From Planctomycetota bacterium (GTDB lineage Bacteria > Planctomycetota > UBA11346), in the NCBI GenBank assembly GCA_038231435.1, contig JBBRLJ010000002.1, forward strand, positions 64,001 through 128,000: 64,000 nucleotides of DNA, given 5' to 3'. The notes below the pieces were generated by a model that was given only the letters and a program-made list of their open reading frames with translations, was not told where the DNA came from and ran no database searches. Positions 10,407-19,785 of the stretch are shown here, in pieces (within the stretch, counting starts at the first letter, position 1; the number at the start of each line of letters is the position of its first letter). The position numbers and the translations under genes were made by a program.

Positions 10407-10999
10407 TGCCGATGCCGATGCGGGATCATCTGGGCGCGCTCGCGGCGACGGCCGCCATCGCCGTGGTCTTCGCCGTGTCGACGTACGCGACCTGGCCCTC
10501 ACCCGGGCTGAACGCTCTGGCCACCCGGTCGTCCGCCCAGGCTTGCGCTCCAGCCCCCTCCTCGGTCGAGACTTCCTCCCTAGCAACAGCAGCTCGCCTC
10601 GAGGCCAGCGGCGCGATAACCTCGGACCTCTCCGCATCCGCATCTCCTCGATCGAGGGCGTCTTCCAGCCCACGCATCGGCACGGCTCCGACCTCGACCT
10701 GGAATACCGCCGGTCGCGTCTCCAGTGCGGGCGCGTCCCGCCACCCGGCCGGAGCTTCCGCCGGATCCTCCGTGTCTGAGGGCGTGGCTGAGGGCAATCC
10801 GCTTCCCGATGACTCCGTCGCTGAGACCACCCGCTCCAGCTCTCCCGTTTCTGGCGCTGCCTCGGAACACGGCCGGATGGAACTCGGCCAGGGCGTCTAC
10901 CACAACCGCGTCGCCGGTTCCTGGGTCAACGTGCCTCCGCCCGACCGCCATTATCAGGGCAGCGCATCGGATCCGCTCGCGCCGAGCGGCGCAGGCTGA
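10406..10999 (+). CDS. Hypothetical protein with an N-terminal TM helix and a Ser/Ala-rich linker
   Basis: TGATG overlap with the upstream stop codon; hydrophobic N-terminus; ordered C-terminal segment (GRMELGQGVYHNRVAGSWV). Confidence 0.5.
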   Translation: MPMPMRDHLGALAATAAIAVVFAVSTYATWPSPGLNALATRSSAQACAPAPSSVETSSLATAARLEASGAITSDLSASASPRSRASSSPRIGTAPTSTWNTAGRVSSAGASRHPAGASAGSSVSEGVAEGNPLPDDSVAETTRSSSPVSGAASEHGRMELGQGVYHNRVAGSWVNVPPPDRHYQGSASDPLAPSGAG

Positions 11000-11002
11000 G
11001 CA

Positions 11003-11764
11003 TCACGCGGCGTTCGTGCCACTGACGTCGCGAACGCCACCGACGCGCCGGCAAATCAGCATCACCTCGTCGACACCCGCGCCGTCCACCAGTCCGGGAG
11101 CGAACGCCAGAGGCTTCTGGAAGCGCAGCCCGATCGGCAGGAACAGCCGGTTGTAGAAGAACATCGCACGCCGTCGGCAGTTCTTGAGCCACCACATGCC
11201 GAATCGCAGCAACCATGTGTTCGTCGGCTGCATGCCGAAGATCGCGCTGCGCTCGAGCGTGAAGCCGTGCTCGGTGATGCGCGAGAGCAGGAGCTCGGGT
11301 TCGTAGCGGCGGAAGTGTCCGACCATCGCGTCGAACTCGGTCCAGACCGAGGGATGCAGCGGCACTGAGAACACCAGAGTGCCACCGGGCTTGAGGACGC
11401 GCGACAGCTCGCGGAACACCGCGAGATCATCGGCGACGTGCTCGACCACGTCGAAGGCGCACACCAGGTCGAAGCTGCGATCCGGGAAAGGCAACGCGGT
11501 GGCGTCGCCGCGCTCGGCATGGCCGCCGTGCTCGGTCAGCTGGGCAATGGCTGGCGGGCTGATGTCCACGAACGAGGTACCGGCAATCGGCAGGCGCGGG
11601 CGCAGGCCCGGGCCGACCTCGAGCCGATCCTTGGCGCCGGCGGCAAGCTCGGAGAGCGCCGGCCAGGTATTGAAGCGCTCGGGCTTCTGCAGCACCGCGT
11701 CACGCCACAGGGCGTCGTAGAAGGCGCGGTTGACCGCGGTGATGTCGACGACGTCGCTGGGCAT
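11003..11764 (-). CDS. Class I SAM-dependent methyltransferase
   Basis: LEVGPG motif I, GDATALPFPDRSFDLV, EH, RVLKPGG. Confidence 0.9.
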   Translation of the reverse strand: MPSDVVDITAVNRAFYDALWRDAVLQKPERFNTWPALSELAAGAKDRLEVGPGLRPRLPIAGTSFVDISPPAIAQLTEHGGHAERGDATALPFPDRSFDLVCAFDVVEHVADDLAVFRELSRVLKPGGTLVFSVPLHPSVWTEFDAMVGHFRRYEPELLLSRITEHGFTLERSAIFGMQPTNTWLLRFGMWWLKNCRRRAMFFYNRLFLPIGLRFQKPLAFAPGLVDGAGVDEVMLICRRVGGVRDVSGTNAA

Positions 11765-11868
11765 CGCCAGAGCGTATGCGCCCAGGCCGCGCCGCCAATC
11801 GGCCTGCCTCGCCCAGCGGACGAGACGAATTGCGTGGTCGCGGGCCCGCACCCCGCCATCCTGCGCGG

Positions 11869-13800
11869 ATGCGGCGTGCGTTGGAATCGGCGTGCGCCTG
11901 CCTGCTGTGGCTCGGGTCGATGCTCAGCTGCGGCGCGCACGCCGTGGATGCGCCCGCCGTGGGTGCGGTAGGCCCTGGTGAGCCAGGGCCGCCGACGCCG
12001 GTCTATGCCTGCCATGAGACCATCGCGACCAACGAGCAGCTCGGCATCGCCGCCTCGCTCGACCCCTACGATCCGACCCAGGTACGCGTGGATGCGCAGC
12101 TCACCGCCCCCGATGGCGACGTCGTGGTCCAGCCATGCTTCTGGCAGGTGCCGCAGCAGGCGTGGACTCAGACCGCATTCTCGACCGAGCAGAAGCAGGA
12201 CGTGCCGTGGGAACGCTTCCGCGATCATGCTGCCGGGCGCTGGTGCCTGCGCTTCTCGCCCGACCGGCGCGGCGCCTGGTCGTACCGCTACGCGATCACC
12301 CAGGGCACGCGCACCGCGGTGCGCGCCGGCGGCTCGTTCACCGCCGAGCCGCTCCTGCCCGCGGGATCCGGGCCGATCGCGCTGTCCAAGAACCGTCGCG
12401 CCTTCGTGACCGCCGATGGCTCGCCGTACGTGCCGGTGGGCATCAATTGCGGCTGGCCGACCGAAGCCGGCTCGCGGGTATACGCCGAATGGCTGGCGCG
12501 CTTGTCCGGAGCTGGAGGCAACGCCACGCGGCTGTGGCTGGTGCACTACTACGGCGGCACCTCGCTCGAGTGGTCGAAGTCAGGCGTCAACGACGGCTAT
12601 GCCGGCGTCGGCGCCTACAGCCAGGAGTCCGCCGAGCGCGTCGATCGCATCCTCGCCGAGGCCGAGCGGCGCGGTGTGCGGGTCATGCTCTGCCTCTATA
12701 CCTTCGGCGACACCAACTGGGATTGGCAGCTGAATCCGTATGCACGCGCGGCCGGCGGCTGGCTCGACCATCCACGGCAGTTCATCACCGATGCGCGCGC
12801 CCGCGCCGCAACGCGCGCGCTCCTGCGCTACCAGGTCGCGCGCTGGGGGCACAGCCGGGCGTTGTGGGCGTGGGAGATGTGGAACGAGGTCGAGACCTCC
12901 GAGGCTTTCGACGATCGCGCGGTCCTCGACTGGCACCGGGAGATGTGCGGCGAGATCAAGCGCCTCGACGCCCATCACCATCTGGTGACCACCGACTACC
13001 GGTTCACCCCCCCGGCCAGCGCCTGCAGCGCCTACGCCCTCGCGCAGATCGATTTCGTGCAGCTGCACACCTATTGGCCGCTGATCACTGAGGGCTTCCA
13101 GGTCGAGATCGAGCACCTCCAGCCGTTCGCCAAACCGGTGGTGATCGGCGAATACGGCCTGCACGTCGGTCCGGAATCCCTCGCGGCCGATCCCGCCGGC
13201 GAGCACCTGCACGACGGCTTGTGGGGCGGTCTGTTCTGCGGCAGCGTGGGCGGAGGCATGGGCTGGTGGTGGGATGTCTACGTTCACCCTCGCGATCTCT
13301 ACGGCCACTGCACCGGGCTCGCCCGGTTCACCGCCGGCGAATCGCTCGACGATCTCTCGCCGGTGCCTGCGGACACCGGCGAAGCCGGCGCGCCGGCGCT
13401 CGCGCTGGCATCCGACGACCGCGTGTGGGCGTGGATCCGCAATGCGCGCGACGTGCGCGTGAAGGGCTTCCAAGTCGTCGCCTATCGCGTGCCCGCGCTC
13501 GGGGTCGCGAAACGGGTGGTGGTCGCCGGGAACCGCGCCGGCAACTGGGCAGTCGATGTCATCGATACGTATGACGGCACGTGGATGTCGAGTACGCGCG
13601 CGACCGGCACCGCCGAAGGGCTCGCGATCGAGCTGCCGCCGTACCGTCACGATGTCGCGCTCAAGGCGCGACGGATCAGCGCCGGGCAGCAGGCCGACGG
13701 CGCTTCGCGGATGGGTCCGCCCGATCCGACGCCTTGGCACGAGCGCGTGTCTTCGCAGATGCCTTCGACCCCGACGTTGCCGCCAGCGAAGCAGCCATAG
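11869..13800 (+). CDS. Secreted GH5-like (clan GH-A) glycoside hydrolase with an N-terminal DUF5060-like domain
   Basis: Signal peptide; PYDP...WCLRFSPDRRGAWSY (DUF5060-like); AWEMWNE acid/base; PVVIGEYG nucleophile; GMGWWWD. Confidence 0.8.
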   Translation: MRRALESACACLLWLGSMLSCGAHAVDAPAVGAVGPGEPGPPTPVYACHETIATNEQLGIAASLDPYDPTQVRVDAQLTAPDGDVVVQPCFWQVPQQAWTQTAFSTEQKQDVPWERFRDHAAGRWCLRFSPDRRGAWSYRYAITQGTRTAVRAGGSFTAEPLLPAGSGPIALSKNRRAFVTADGSPYVPVGINCGWPTEAGSRVYAEWLARLSGAGGNATRLWLVHYYGGTSLEWSKSGVNDGYAGVGAYSQESAERVDRILAEAERRGVRVMLCLYTFGDTNWDWQLNPYARAAGGWLDHPRQFITDARARAATRALLRYQVARWGHSRALWAWEMWNEVETSEAFDDRAVLDWHREMCGEIKRLDAHHHLVTTDYRFTPPASACSAYALAQIDFVQLHTYWPLITEGFQVEIEHLQPFAKPVVIGEYGLHVGPESLAADPAGEHLHDGLWGGLFCGSVGGGMGWWWDVYVHPRDLYGHCTGLARFTAGESLDDLSPVPADTGEAGAPALALASDDRVWAWIRNARDVRVKGFQVVAYRVPALGVAKRVVVAGNRAGNWAVDVIDTYDGTWMSSTRATGTAEGLAIELPPYRHDVALKARRISAGQQADGASRMGPPDPTPWHERVSSQMPSTPTLPPAKQP

Positions 13801-14356
13801 ACGACAGACGCGCTCGCGACGGGATGCCGGCGGGCCGCTTGCCCCGACGGGTCGCGGTGGCCATGCGCGCCAGCAGGTCCCGGTCGTGCTCGTCGCGGTA
13901 GGGTTGCTGATCGAGGTCCGCCGGCAGTCGTTGAAGGCGCTCGTCGCCGATGCGCTTGATGTAGCGCTGCATGGCGCGGTCGTAGCCGCGCCAGCCGACG
14001 CCGTCCGCCCGCACCGCTGCCTCCTCGGCGCGCAGCGCGATCTGGTGCGCATGCTGGTAATGCAAGCCGAGCTGGTCGAGCAGGGTCTTCTCGACCGCCT
14101 CGTGCAGGACCAGGTAGCGGTCGGTAGCGATCGACTTGCCGCCGATCATGAAGCTGCGCGGCAGGTGGCGGTCGATGTAGATGACGTCCCCGTTCTGGCT
14201 GTAGCCCGCCAGGTAGGGGATATCGTGTTTGCGGTCCAGGGTGACGCGCTTGAGGATCGCGTCGAGCGCGCGGTCGAGCATCAGGCTCGACACGTACCAG
14301 TCGGGGAGGCGGAGCTTCTGGTGCGCGGCGATGGGATGGCAGCTGTCGGTGGGCAT
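13676..14356 (-). CDS. Hypothetical protein with a HExxE...HxH putative metal site
   Basis: Globular-looking core DIPYLAGYS...IYIDRH...LHEAVEK...YQHAH; low-complexity tail overlaps the convergent gene. Confidence 0.7.
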   Translation of the reverse strand: MPTDSCHPIAAHQKLRLPDWYVSSLMLDRALDAILKRVTLDRKHDIPYLAGYSQNGDVIYIDRHLPRSFMIGGKSIATDRYLVLHEAVEKTLLDQLGLHYQHAHQIALRAEEAAVRADGVGWRGYDRAMQRYIKRIGDERLQRLPADLDQQPYRDEHDRDLLARMATATRRGKRPAGIPSRARLSSMAASLAATSGSKASAKTRARAKASDRADPSAKRRRPAARR

Positions 14357-14462
14357 GCCCCGATGATCACCGCCGGGCGCGCGCTATCCATGATGGATCC
14401 GAGAGGCATCCACCACCGAGTGCACGGGTTTGACCGCGTCGTCCGGCCGCGACACTGCGGGC

Positions 14463-15002
14463 GTGACCACGCCACGCCATCCACCGTCCCAGCGCCCGGA
14501 ACGCGACGATTACTACATGGGCATCGCGCTGGCGGTGAAGCGCCGCGCGAACTGCCTCGGCAGCCACGTCGGCGCGGTGCTGGTGCTCGACGACCGCATC
14601 ATCTCGACCGGCTACAACGGCACGCCGGCGGGCATGGTCAATTGCGACCAGGGCGGCTGCGAGCGCTGCGCCAACCGCGGCAAGACCTACGTCTCCGGCC
14701 AGGGCTACGACATCTGCATCTGCGTCCACGCCGAGCAGAACGCGCTGCTCACCGCCGCGCGCTTCGGCATCGCGGTCGCGGGTTCCATCTGCTACGCGAC
14801 CAAGCGCCCGTGCTTCGGCTGCACCAAGGAGCTGCTCCAGGCCGGCATCCGCGCCGTGCGCTACCAAGAGGACTGGCGGCATCCGGACGAGACCCTGCGC
14901 GCGATGTACGAGCAGATGCAGAAGACCTTTTCCGGCGGCTGCGTGGCGGTGCCGCCGGAAGCCCCCGCGGCTGCCGTGCCAGGGACGGATCCCGCGGCTT
15001 GA
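14463..15002 (+). CDS. dCMP deaminase (ComEB family)
   Basis: VGAVLV, ISTGYNGTP, HAEQNA and PCFGC zinc motifs. Confidence 0.92.
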   Translation: MTTPRHPPSQRPERDDYYMGIALAVKRRANCLGSHVGAVLVLDDRIISTGYNGTPAGMVNCDQGGCERCANRGKTYVSGQGYDICICVHAEQNALLTAARFGIAVAGSICYATKRPCFGCTKELLQAGIRAVRYQEDWRHPDETLRAMYEQMQKTFSGGCVAVPPEAPAAAVPGTDPAA

Positions 15003-15111
15003 TTCCGCGCACGTCTCGGCAGCGAGCGGCGCGGCCTGTAGCGGGTTTCGCAGGCTCGTCTCGTCGTGCAAGGCGGCGGGCGATCCAATGCCGGCACTCG
15101 AAAGGAACCAC

Positions 15112-15483
15112 ATGCACAAGGTCCTCTCTCCGCGCGCTCATGGCGTTCTCGACTACGCCGTGGTCGCGACCTTCCTGCTGGCACCCAGCCTCCTCGCCTT
15201 CTCGGGAACCCCGGCGACCCTGTGCTACCTCCTGGCTGGCGCGCATCTGGCGCTGACGCTCCTCACCGCCTTCCCGCTCGGGCTCCTGAAGCTCATCCCC
15301 TTCCCGGCGCACGGTCAGCTCGAGCTGATCATCGGCTGCGCGCTGGTCGTGATGCCGTGGTTCGCCGCCTTCGGCAACGACGCCAAGGCACGCTGGTTCT
15401 TCATCCTCGCCGGCCTGGTGCTGCTAGGTGTCCGAGCTGTGACCGACTACCGCGCCGCCTCCCGAGCACCCTCCTTAGATTGA
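15112..15483 (+). CDS. SPW-repeat membrane protein
   Basis: AGGA RBS; HGVLDY, IPFPAHGQLE, VMPW; four hydrophobic segments. Confidence 0.8.
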   Translation: MHKVLSPRAHGVLDYAVVATFLLAPSLLAFSGTPATLCYLLAGAHLALTLLTAFPLGLLKLIPFPAHGQLELIIGCALVVMPWFAAFGNDAKARWFFILAGLVLLGVRAVTDYRAASRAPSLD

Positions 15484-15518
15484 TTGGATGGCGCGGGGGC
15501 TCCGCCCCCGGCCGCAGA

Positions 15519-15689
15519 CCAGCGTACCCGGGGGCCCCATCGCCCCGCGATGGGGCGGGCGCCAGAGGGGCGGTCGGCGGATATAATCGGCGCAGCCGAT
15601 CCGCCGACGATGTCGCAGCGTAGCGGAGACATCGAGCCCCGACAAAGCCCGTGGGGTAGGCCCGGAGGGCCGTAGGGGCAGCGCCCCTG
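15519..15689 (+). repeat. Dispersed structured repeat, copy 1 (REP/REPIN-like ssDNA element or ncRNA)
   Basis: Aligns collinearly with the reverse complement of 32764-32934, with compensatory substitutions in stems. Confidence 0.85.
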
Positions 15690-15732
15690 GCAGCCGTCTG
15701 GCGCTTCGGCCAGACGGCTGATACTAAAAGCC

Positions 15733-16341
15733 ATGATCGCCATCCTGGATTACCAGGCGGGAAACATCACCTCGGTGCGCCGCGCCTTCGCCAGCCTCGG
15801 GCAGGAGGCGGTGGTGACCGCGGATCCCGCCATCGTCGCCAGCGCCGATCGCGTGGTGTTCCCGGGCGTCGGCGCTGCCGGCAGTTGCATGGCCAATCTG
15901 CGTAGCGCCGGCCTCGACCGCTCGCTACGCGAGATCGCCGCGAGCGGCAAGCCGCTGCTGTGCGTCTGCATCGGCCTGCAGCTGCTCTTCGATTGGAGCG
16001 ACGAGGACGGTGGCGTCGCCTGCCTGGGGCTGCTGCCAGGACGGGTGGTGCGCTTCGCGCCGTCAGACCCGTCGATCAAGGTGCCGCACATGGGCTGGAA
16101 CGACGTCGCATTCGCCGCCGACGACCCGCTCGCGGGTGCTCTCCCCGATCGGCATTTCTACTTCGTGCACAGCTACCACTGCGTGCCCGGACCAGGCGTA
16201 CAGGTGATCGCCGAAGCGGATCATGGCGGCCGCTTCTGCGCGGGCGTGCGCCGCGGCAACCTGGCGGCGGTGCAATTCCACCCCGAGAAGAGCGGCCCAG
16301 CCGGATTGGCGCTGCTGCGCAATTTTCTGGCCTCGGCCTAG
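15733..16341 (+). CDS. hisH: Imidazole glycerol phosphate synthase glutaminase subunit
   Basis: IAILDY.AGN, FPGVGA, CIGLQLL, KVPHMGWN, FYFVHSY, QFHPEKS. Confidence 0.96.
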   Translation: MIAILDYQAGNITSVRRAFASLGQEAVVTADPAIVASADRVVFPGVGAAGSCMANLRSAGLDRSLREIAASGKPLLCVCIGLQLLFDWSDEDGGVACLGLLPGRVVRFAPSDPSIKVPHMGWNDVAFAADDPLAGALPDRHFYFVHSYHCVPGPGVQVIAEADHGGRFCAGVRRGNLAAVQFHPEKSGPAGLALLRNFLASA

Positions 16342-16483
16342 CTCGCTTCGATACCCAAGGTGCCGGCTTCGGTCGCGGCCAAGACCACAAGCCGACGAGG
16401 CGGTAACACCGGCCCGACACCCTGGCGCCGGCGACGCGATCGGCGATGTCGCGCGCGTTCCGCCGTGTTGGAATCAGGGCGCC

Positions 16484-18787
16484 ATGCGGCACGTCCTCCA
16501 ATCCATCCTGCTGTCGTTCCTGCTGCTGCCGCTCGCGACACGCTGCCAAGCGCTCGAGGTCGAACTGGTCTCGCCGCTGGTCACCGTCACCAGCATCGCG
16601 GGAGAGGTTCCGGGCGGTGACAAGACCGTGCGCGCGCGCGTGATCGTGCCCGACGACGCGCCAGCGGATCTCGGCGTCGGCGCCTTCGTGACCGATCACC
16701 ACGGCCGCTGGTACCAGCGTTTGGCGGCCGGGACGCTCGCCCACGGTTCCCAGATGGTCGCGATCCGCCTCGGCGCGGCCGACAGCGTGCAGGGCGAGGA
16801 GCACGGCGGCGGCTGGAACTCCGCGGAATCGGCGAAGTCGGCGCGGGCCGGGCTGTTCTTCTGGTCAGCGAGCGCGAGCCGTGCGCGCCTGCGCGTGATG
16901 GATCTGCGCGCCGACGCAGCGGGTACGCCGGAGAAGCCCGGCGAACGCCTGCTCGAGCTCGAGGTCGGGGGTTTCGCGAACGGCGTGGCCACGGTGGCGA
17001 CCGGCGAGCGCTGGACCGTCTCCGTACTCCCTCAGCCGTTCCCCGCGAATCCATACGACCGCGACGAGTTCTCGCTCGATGCGGTGATCACCTTGCCGGA
17101 CGGCCACGAGAACCGCATTCCGGGATTCGCGATCCAGCCGATGCGCGGCGCCGATCGCGGCGATCGCGAGACGGTGTCTCCGGCTGGTCCGGCACGCTTC
17201 GCGATCCGCTTCAGGCCGCGCCAGCCGGGAGCGTACGCGGTGCGGCTCGAGGCGCGCTGGGGGGCGAAAGAAAGCGGCGGCAAGACCATGGCCGTTGCCA
17301 TGCAGCTGCCCAGACTGGTTGCGCGAGGCAAGTCGTGGGACGCGTACGTGCGCGTCGATCACGACGACCCGCGCTTCTTCGCCCTCGGCCCCGGCGGCAG
17401 CCTGGTCGGCGCAAACGGTGAGGGCCCAGCGAGCGGCTCGTCGTGGTGGTGGCCGATCGGCCCGAACCTGCGCTCGGTGTGGGATCTGCGCAGCCAGCAA
17501 TACCTGGGCACGGTGGTCACGCCCGACCGCGGGTCGCTGTCGTACCACGCGTATTTCGATCGGCTGGCCGCGAATGGAGTCGACGCCGTCGAGATCTGGA
17601 TGTGCTCCTGGAACCTGGCGCTCGAGTGGCGGGGCGACTGGCCGGGATTCTTCGGTAAGGGCCGCTACAACGAGGTCAACGCGTGGCGCATCGATAGGGT
17701 GCTCGACGATGCATGGGCTCACGGCATCCGCGTCAACCTTGTCATCTACAATCACGGCCAGGCCTCGGATCGCACCGACAAGGAATGGGACAACAATCCC
17801 TACAGCGTCGAGCGCGGCGGAAAGCTCAGGGATCCATCGCAGTTCTTCACCGATCCCGAGGCGCTGGCGGCGCAGGAGCGTTTGCGCACGTACATGGTCG
17901 CGCGCTGGGCCGATCACCCGGCGGTGATGGCGTGGAAGCTGTGGAGCGAGATCAACCTGACCGGCGCGGCGCAGAGCGAGGACACGCTGCGCCAATGGCA
18001 CGAGCACGCGACCGCGCGCTGGCACGAGCTCGACACCTACGGACATCCGTGCACCACGCATTGGGCCGGCGATTTCCGCTCTCCGCACCGTTCGATCGTG
18101 GCCCTGCCCGGCCTCGACTTCGTCTGCATCGACGCCTACCACGCGCCCGAGGGTGCGGGCGGCGGTACCCTGCTCGCCGAGCTCCTGGGCATGAGCACGG
18201 GCAGCGGTGAGGCACGACGCGGCGGCGGGCTGTCGCGCTACGGCAAGCCGGTGCTGGTGACCGAGTATGGCGGCAGCTGGGACGCCTGCTCCGGGCGTCA
18301 GATGGAGGCCGAGCACGCGAGCGGCGGATGGTCGGCGCTGGTCACCGGACACGCCGGAGCGCCGATGCTGTGGTGGTTCGAGTGGGTCGACCAGGGAAAC
18401 CGCTTCGCGCCCTATCGCGCGCTGTCGAGATTCCTCGCCGGCGAGGACAACCGCGTCCCGGCCGGCAGTTCCGTCCAGCTCTCCGCCACCGATCCGCCGC
18501 GCGAACTGTGGGCGCGCGCCTGGGCGCGGCCTGGGCGGATGCTCGGCTACGTGCTCGATCGGCGCTGGGGTGCGAGCGGCGAAGGCGACGATCCGCACGA
18601 GGGCGCGCAGGTCTCGCCATCCTCGCCGATCGCCGCCGGTCGACTGCTGCTCGAGTGGTGGAACGCCGACACCGGCGTCCGCATCCAAGCGCGGGAGATA
18701 TCTCACCCGGGCGGGCTCCTCGCGCTCGATCCGCCGCGATTCGTCCACCACATCGCGTTCAAGCTGATCCGCGTCAAGGATGGCTGA
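16484..18787 (+). CDS. Secreted GH5-like glycoside hydrolase with a DUF5060-like domain (paralog of 11869-13800)
   Basis: Signal peptide; NPYD...IRFRPRQPGAY; AWKLWSE; PVLVTEYG; PMLWWFEW. Confidence 0.8.
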   Translation: MRHVLQSILLSFLLLPLATRCQALEVELVSPLVTVTSIAGEVPGGDKTVRARVIVPDDAPADLGVGAFVTDHHGRWYQRLAAGTLAHGSQMVAIRLGAADSVQGEEHGGGWNSAESAKSARAGLFFWSASASRARLRVMDLRADAAGTPEKPGERLLELEVGGFANGVATVATGERWTVSVLPQPFPANPYDRDEFSLDAVITLPDGHENRIPGFAIQPMRGADRGDRETVSPAGPARFAIRFRPRQPGAYAVRLEARWGAKESGGKTMAVAMQLPRLVARGKSWDAYVRVDHDDPRFFALGPGGSLVGANGEGPASGSSWWWPIGPNLRSVWDLRSQQYLGTVVTPDRGSLSYHAYFDRLAANGVDAVEIWMCSWNLALEWRGDWPGFFGKGRYNEVNAWRIDRVLDDAWAHGIRVNLVIYNHGQASDRTDKEWDNNPYSVERGGKLRDPSQFFTDPEALAAQERLRTYMVARWADHPAVMAWKLWSEINLTGAAQSEDTLRQWHEHATARWHELDTYGHPCTTHWAGDFRSPHRSIVALPGLDFVCIDAYHAPEGAGGGTLLAELLGMSTGSGEARRGGGLSRYGKPVLVTEYGGSWDACSGRQMEAEHASGGWSALVTGHAGAPMLWWFEWVDQGNRFAPYRALSRFLAGEDNRVPAGSSVQLSATDPPRELWARAWARPGRMLGYVLDRRWGASGEGDDPHEGAQVSPSSPIAAGRLLLEWWNADTGVRIQAREISHPGGLLALDPPRFVHHIAFKLIRVKDG

Positions 18788-18805
18788 GAGAGATTGGTGC
18801 GCGGC

Positions 18806-18855
18806 GCGGCGTACGGCGAAGTCGCTCCACTCGCGCCGTCCTCGCCGTACGCCGC
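18806..18855. terminator. Intergenic hairpin with 14-bp perfect arms
   Basis: GCGGCGTACGGCGA ... TCGCCGTACGCCGC just after the stop codon; no U-tract. Confidence 0.4.
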
Positions 18856-18911
18856 TCGTCGCACACCGCACATCCGCATAGGCCATGCGGAAGACGGCGT
18901 ATCGTGATGCC

Positions 18912-19490
18912 ATGCATCCCCTCCTCCGCCGCGCCGTGCTGGTCTTGCGCCGCTCAATCGCTGTCTGCTGGTCGTTGTCCTGGTGGACCACGGCGGGACT
19001 GCGCGACCGACGCACGCGGCCGACCGGCATGCGCCTGCTGGTCCTCGGCCTGCTGGTCGGCGCGCTGGTCGGCTGGAGCAACGGCAAGATCATCCACGTC
19101 ATCCAGGAGAAGGAGCTGCCCAGGCCGGTGACGCCGCCTCCGGCGGGCGCCACCTGGGCGCGGGTCATGACTACCGGCTACTGTCCGTGTTGGCGTTGCT
19201 GCGGTTTGGAGGCGAACGGCCACACCTCCATCAATCGGGACGTCTCGACGCATCCCTTCGGGCTCGCCAGCGACCCGGGCATGATGCCCTACCATACCGA
19301 GCTGCAGATACCCGGTTACGGCCAGGCGGAGGTCGACGACACCGGCGGACGCATGCGACAGGATGCCCGGAAGGACCTGTTCCACCTGGATCTTCGCTTC
19401 GTGACCCATGAAGAGGCACAGCGCTGGGGGGTGCGCTGGATGTGGATCGCCGTACCCAGGGACTCCAAGGCGGCCGCCCTGGCTCCGTGA
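18912..19490 (+). CDS. 3D (Asp-Asp-Asp) domain protein, MltA/Sps-like putative lytic transglycosylase
   Basis: TM helix, then TTGYCPC..CCG, ASDP, IPGYG, DDTGG, LDL, AQRWG. Alternative start at 18885. Confidence 0.85.
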   Translation: MHPLLRRAVLVLRRSIAVCWSLSWWTTAGLRDRRTRPTGMRLLVLGLLVGALVGWSNGKIIHVIQEKELPRPVTPPPAGATWARVMTTGYCPCWRCCGLEANGHTSINRDVSTHPFGLASDPGMMPYHTELQIPGYGQAEVDDTGGRMRQDARKDLFHLDLRFVTHEEAQRWGVRWMWIAVPRDSKAAALAP

Positions 19491-19598
19491 CGCGCTGGAT
19501 GCTCCCCGGCCGCGGCTGGGCCAGCGCCAGCCGGGAAAAGCGCGCTGAAAATCAGCGTCCGGGGTGCTGGCCGAGGGTCCAGCCGGGACCCATAGAGC

Positions 19599-19626
19599 TT
19601 GACCCGAAGCTCGACGGGACTATCTT
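19599..19626 (+). promoter_or_regulatory. Sigma-70 promoter of the nusA operon (TTGACC-16-TATCTT)
   Basis: Near-consensus hexamers ~160 nt upstream of nusA. Confidence 0.6.
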
Positions 19627-19785
19627 TTCACCCCTCACTATCGGTGACTCTGCCGAGCGTGGGCCGTCTGGCTCACGCTTTTTTCATCTCTGCCTTCCAT
19701 CCGGAAGCCCAGGGATCGGCCGAGACGCCCGGTTGAACCCCTCCTCACGACCTCCCCCAACGATCAAGCACCGACGAGACCCGCC

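Noticed and set aside
15555..15652. Resemblance of the repeat (GGGCGCCAG, GACAAAGCCC) to RNase P RNA or cobalamin/SAM riboswitch motifs
   Set aside because: Core elements (GAGGAAAGUCC, B12 box, SAM-I core) are absent, it is too short for RNase P, and it occurs twice before unrelated genes.
19491..19785. Absence of rimP before nusA; possible hidden gene in the gap
   Set aside because: No credible ORF; the gap holds a sigma-70 promoter and leader. Not considered novel.
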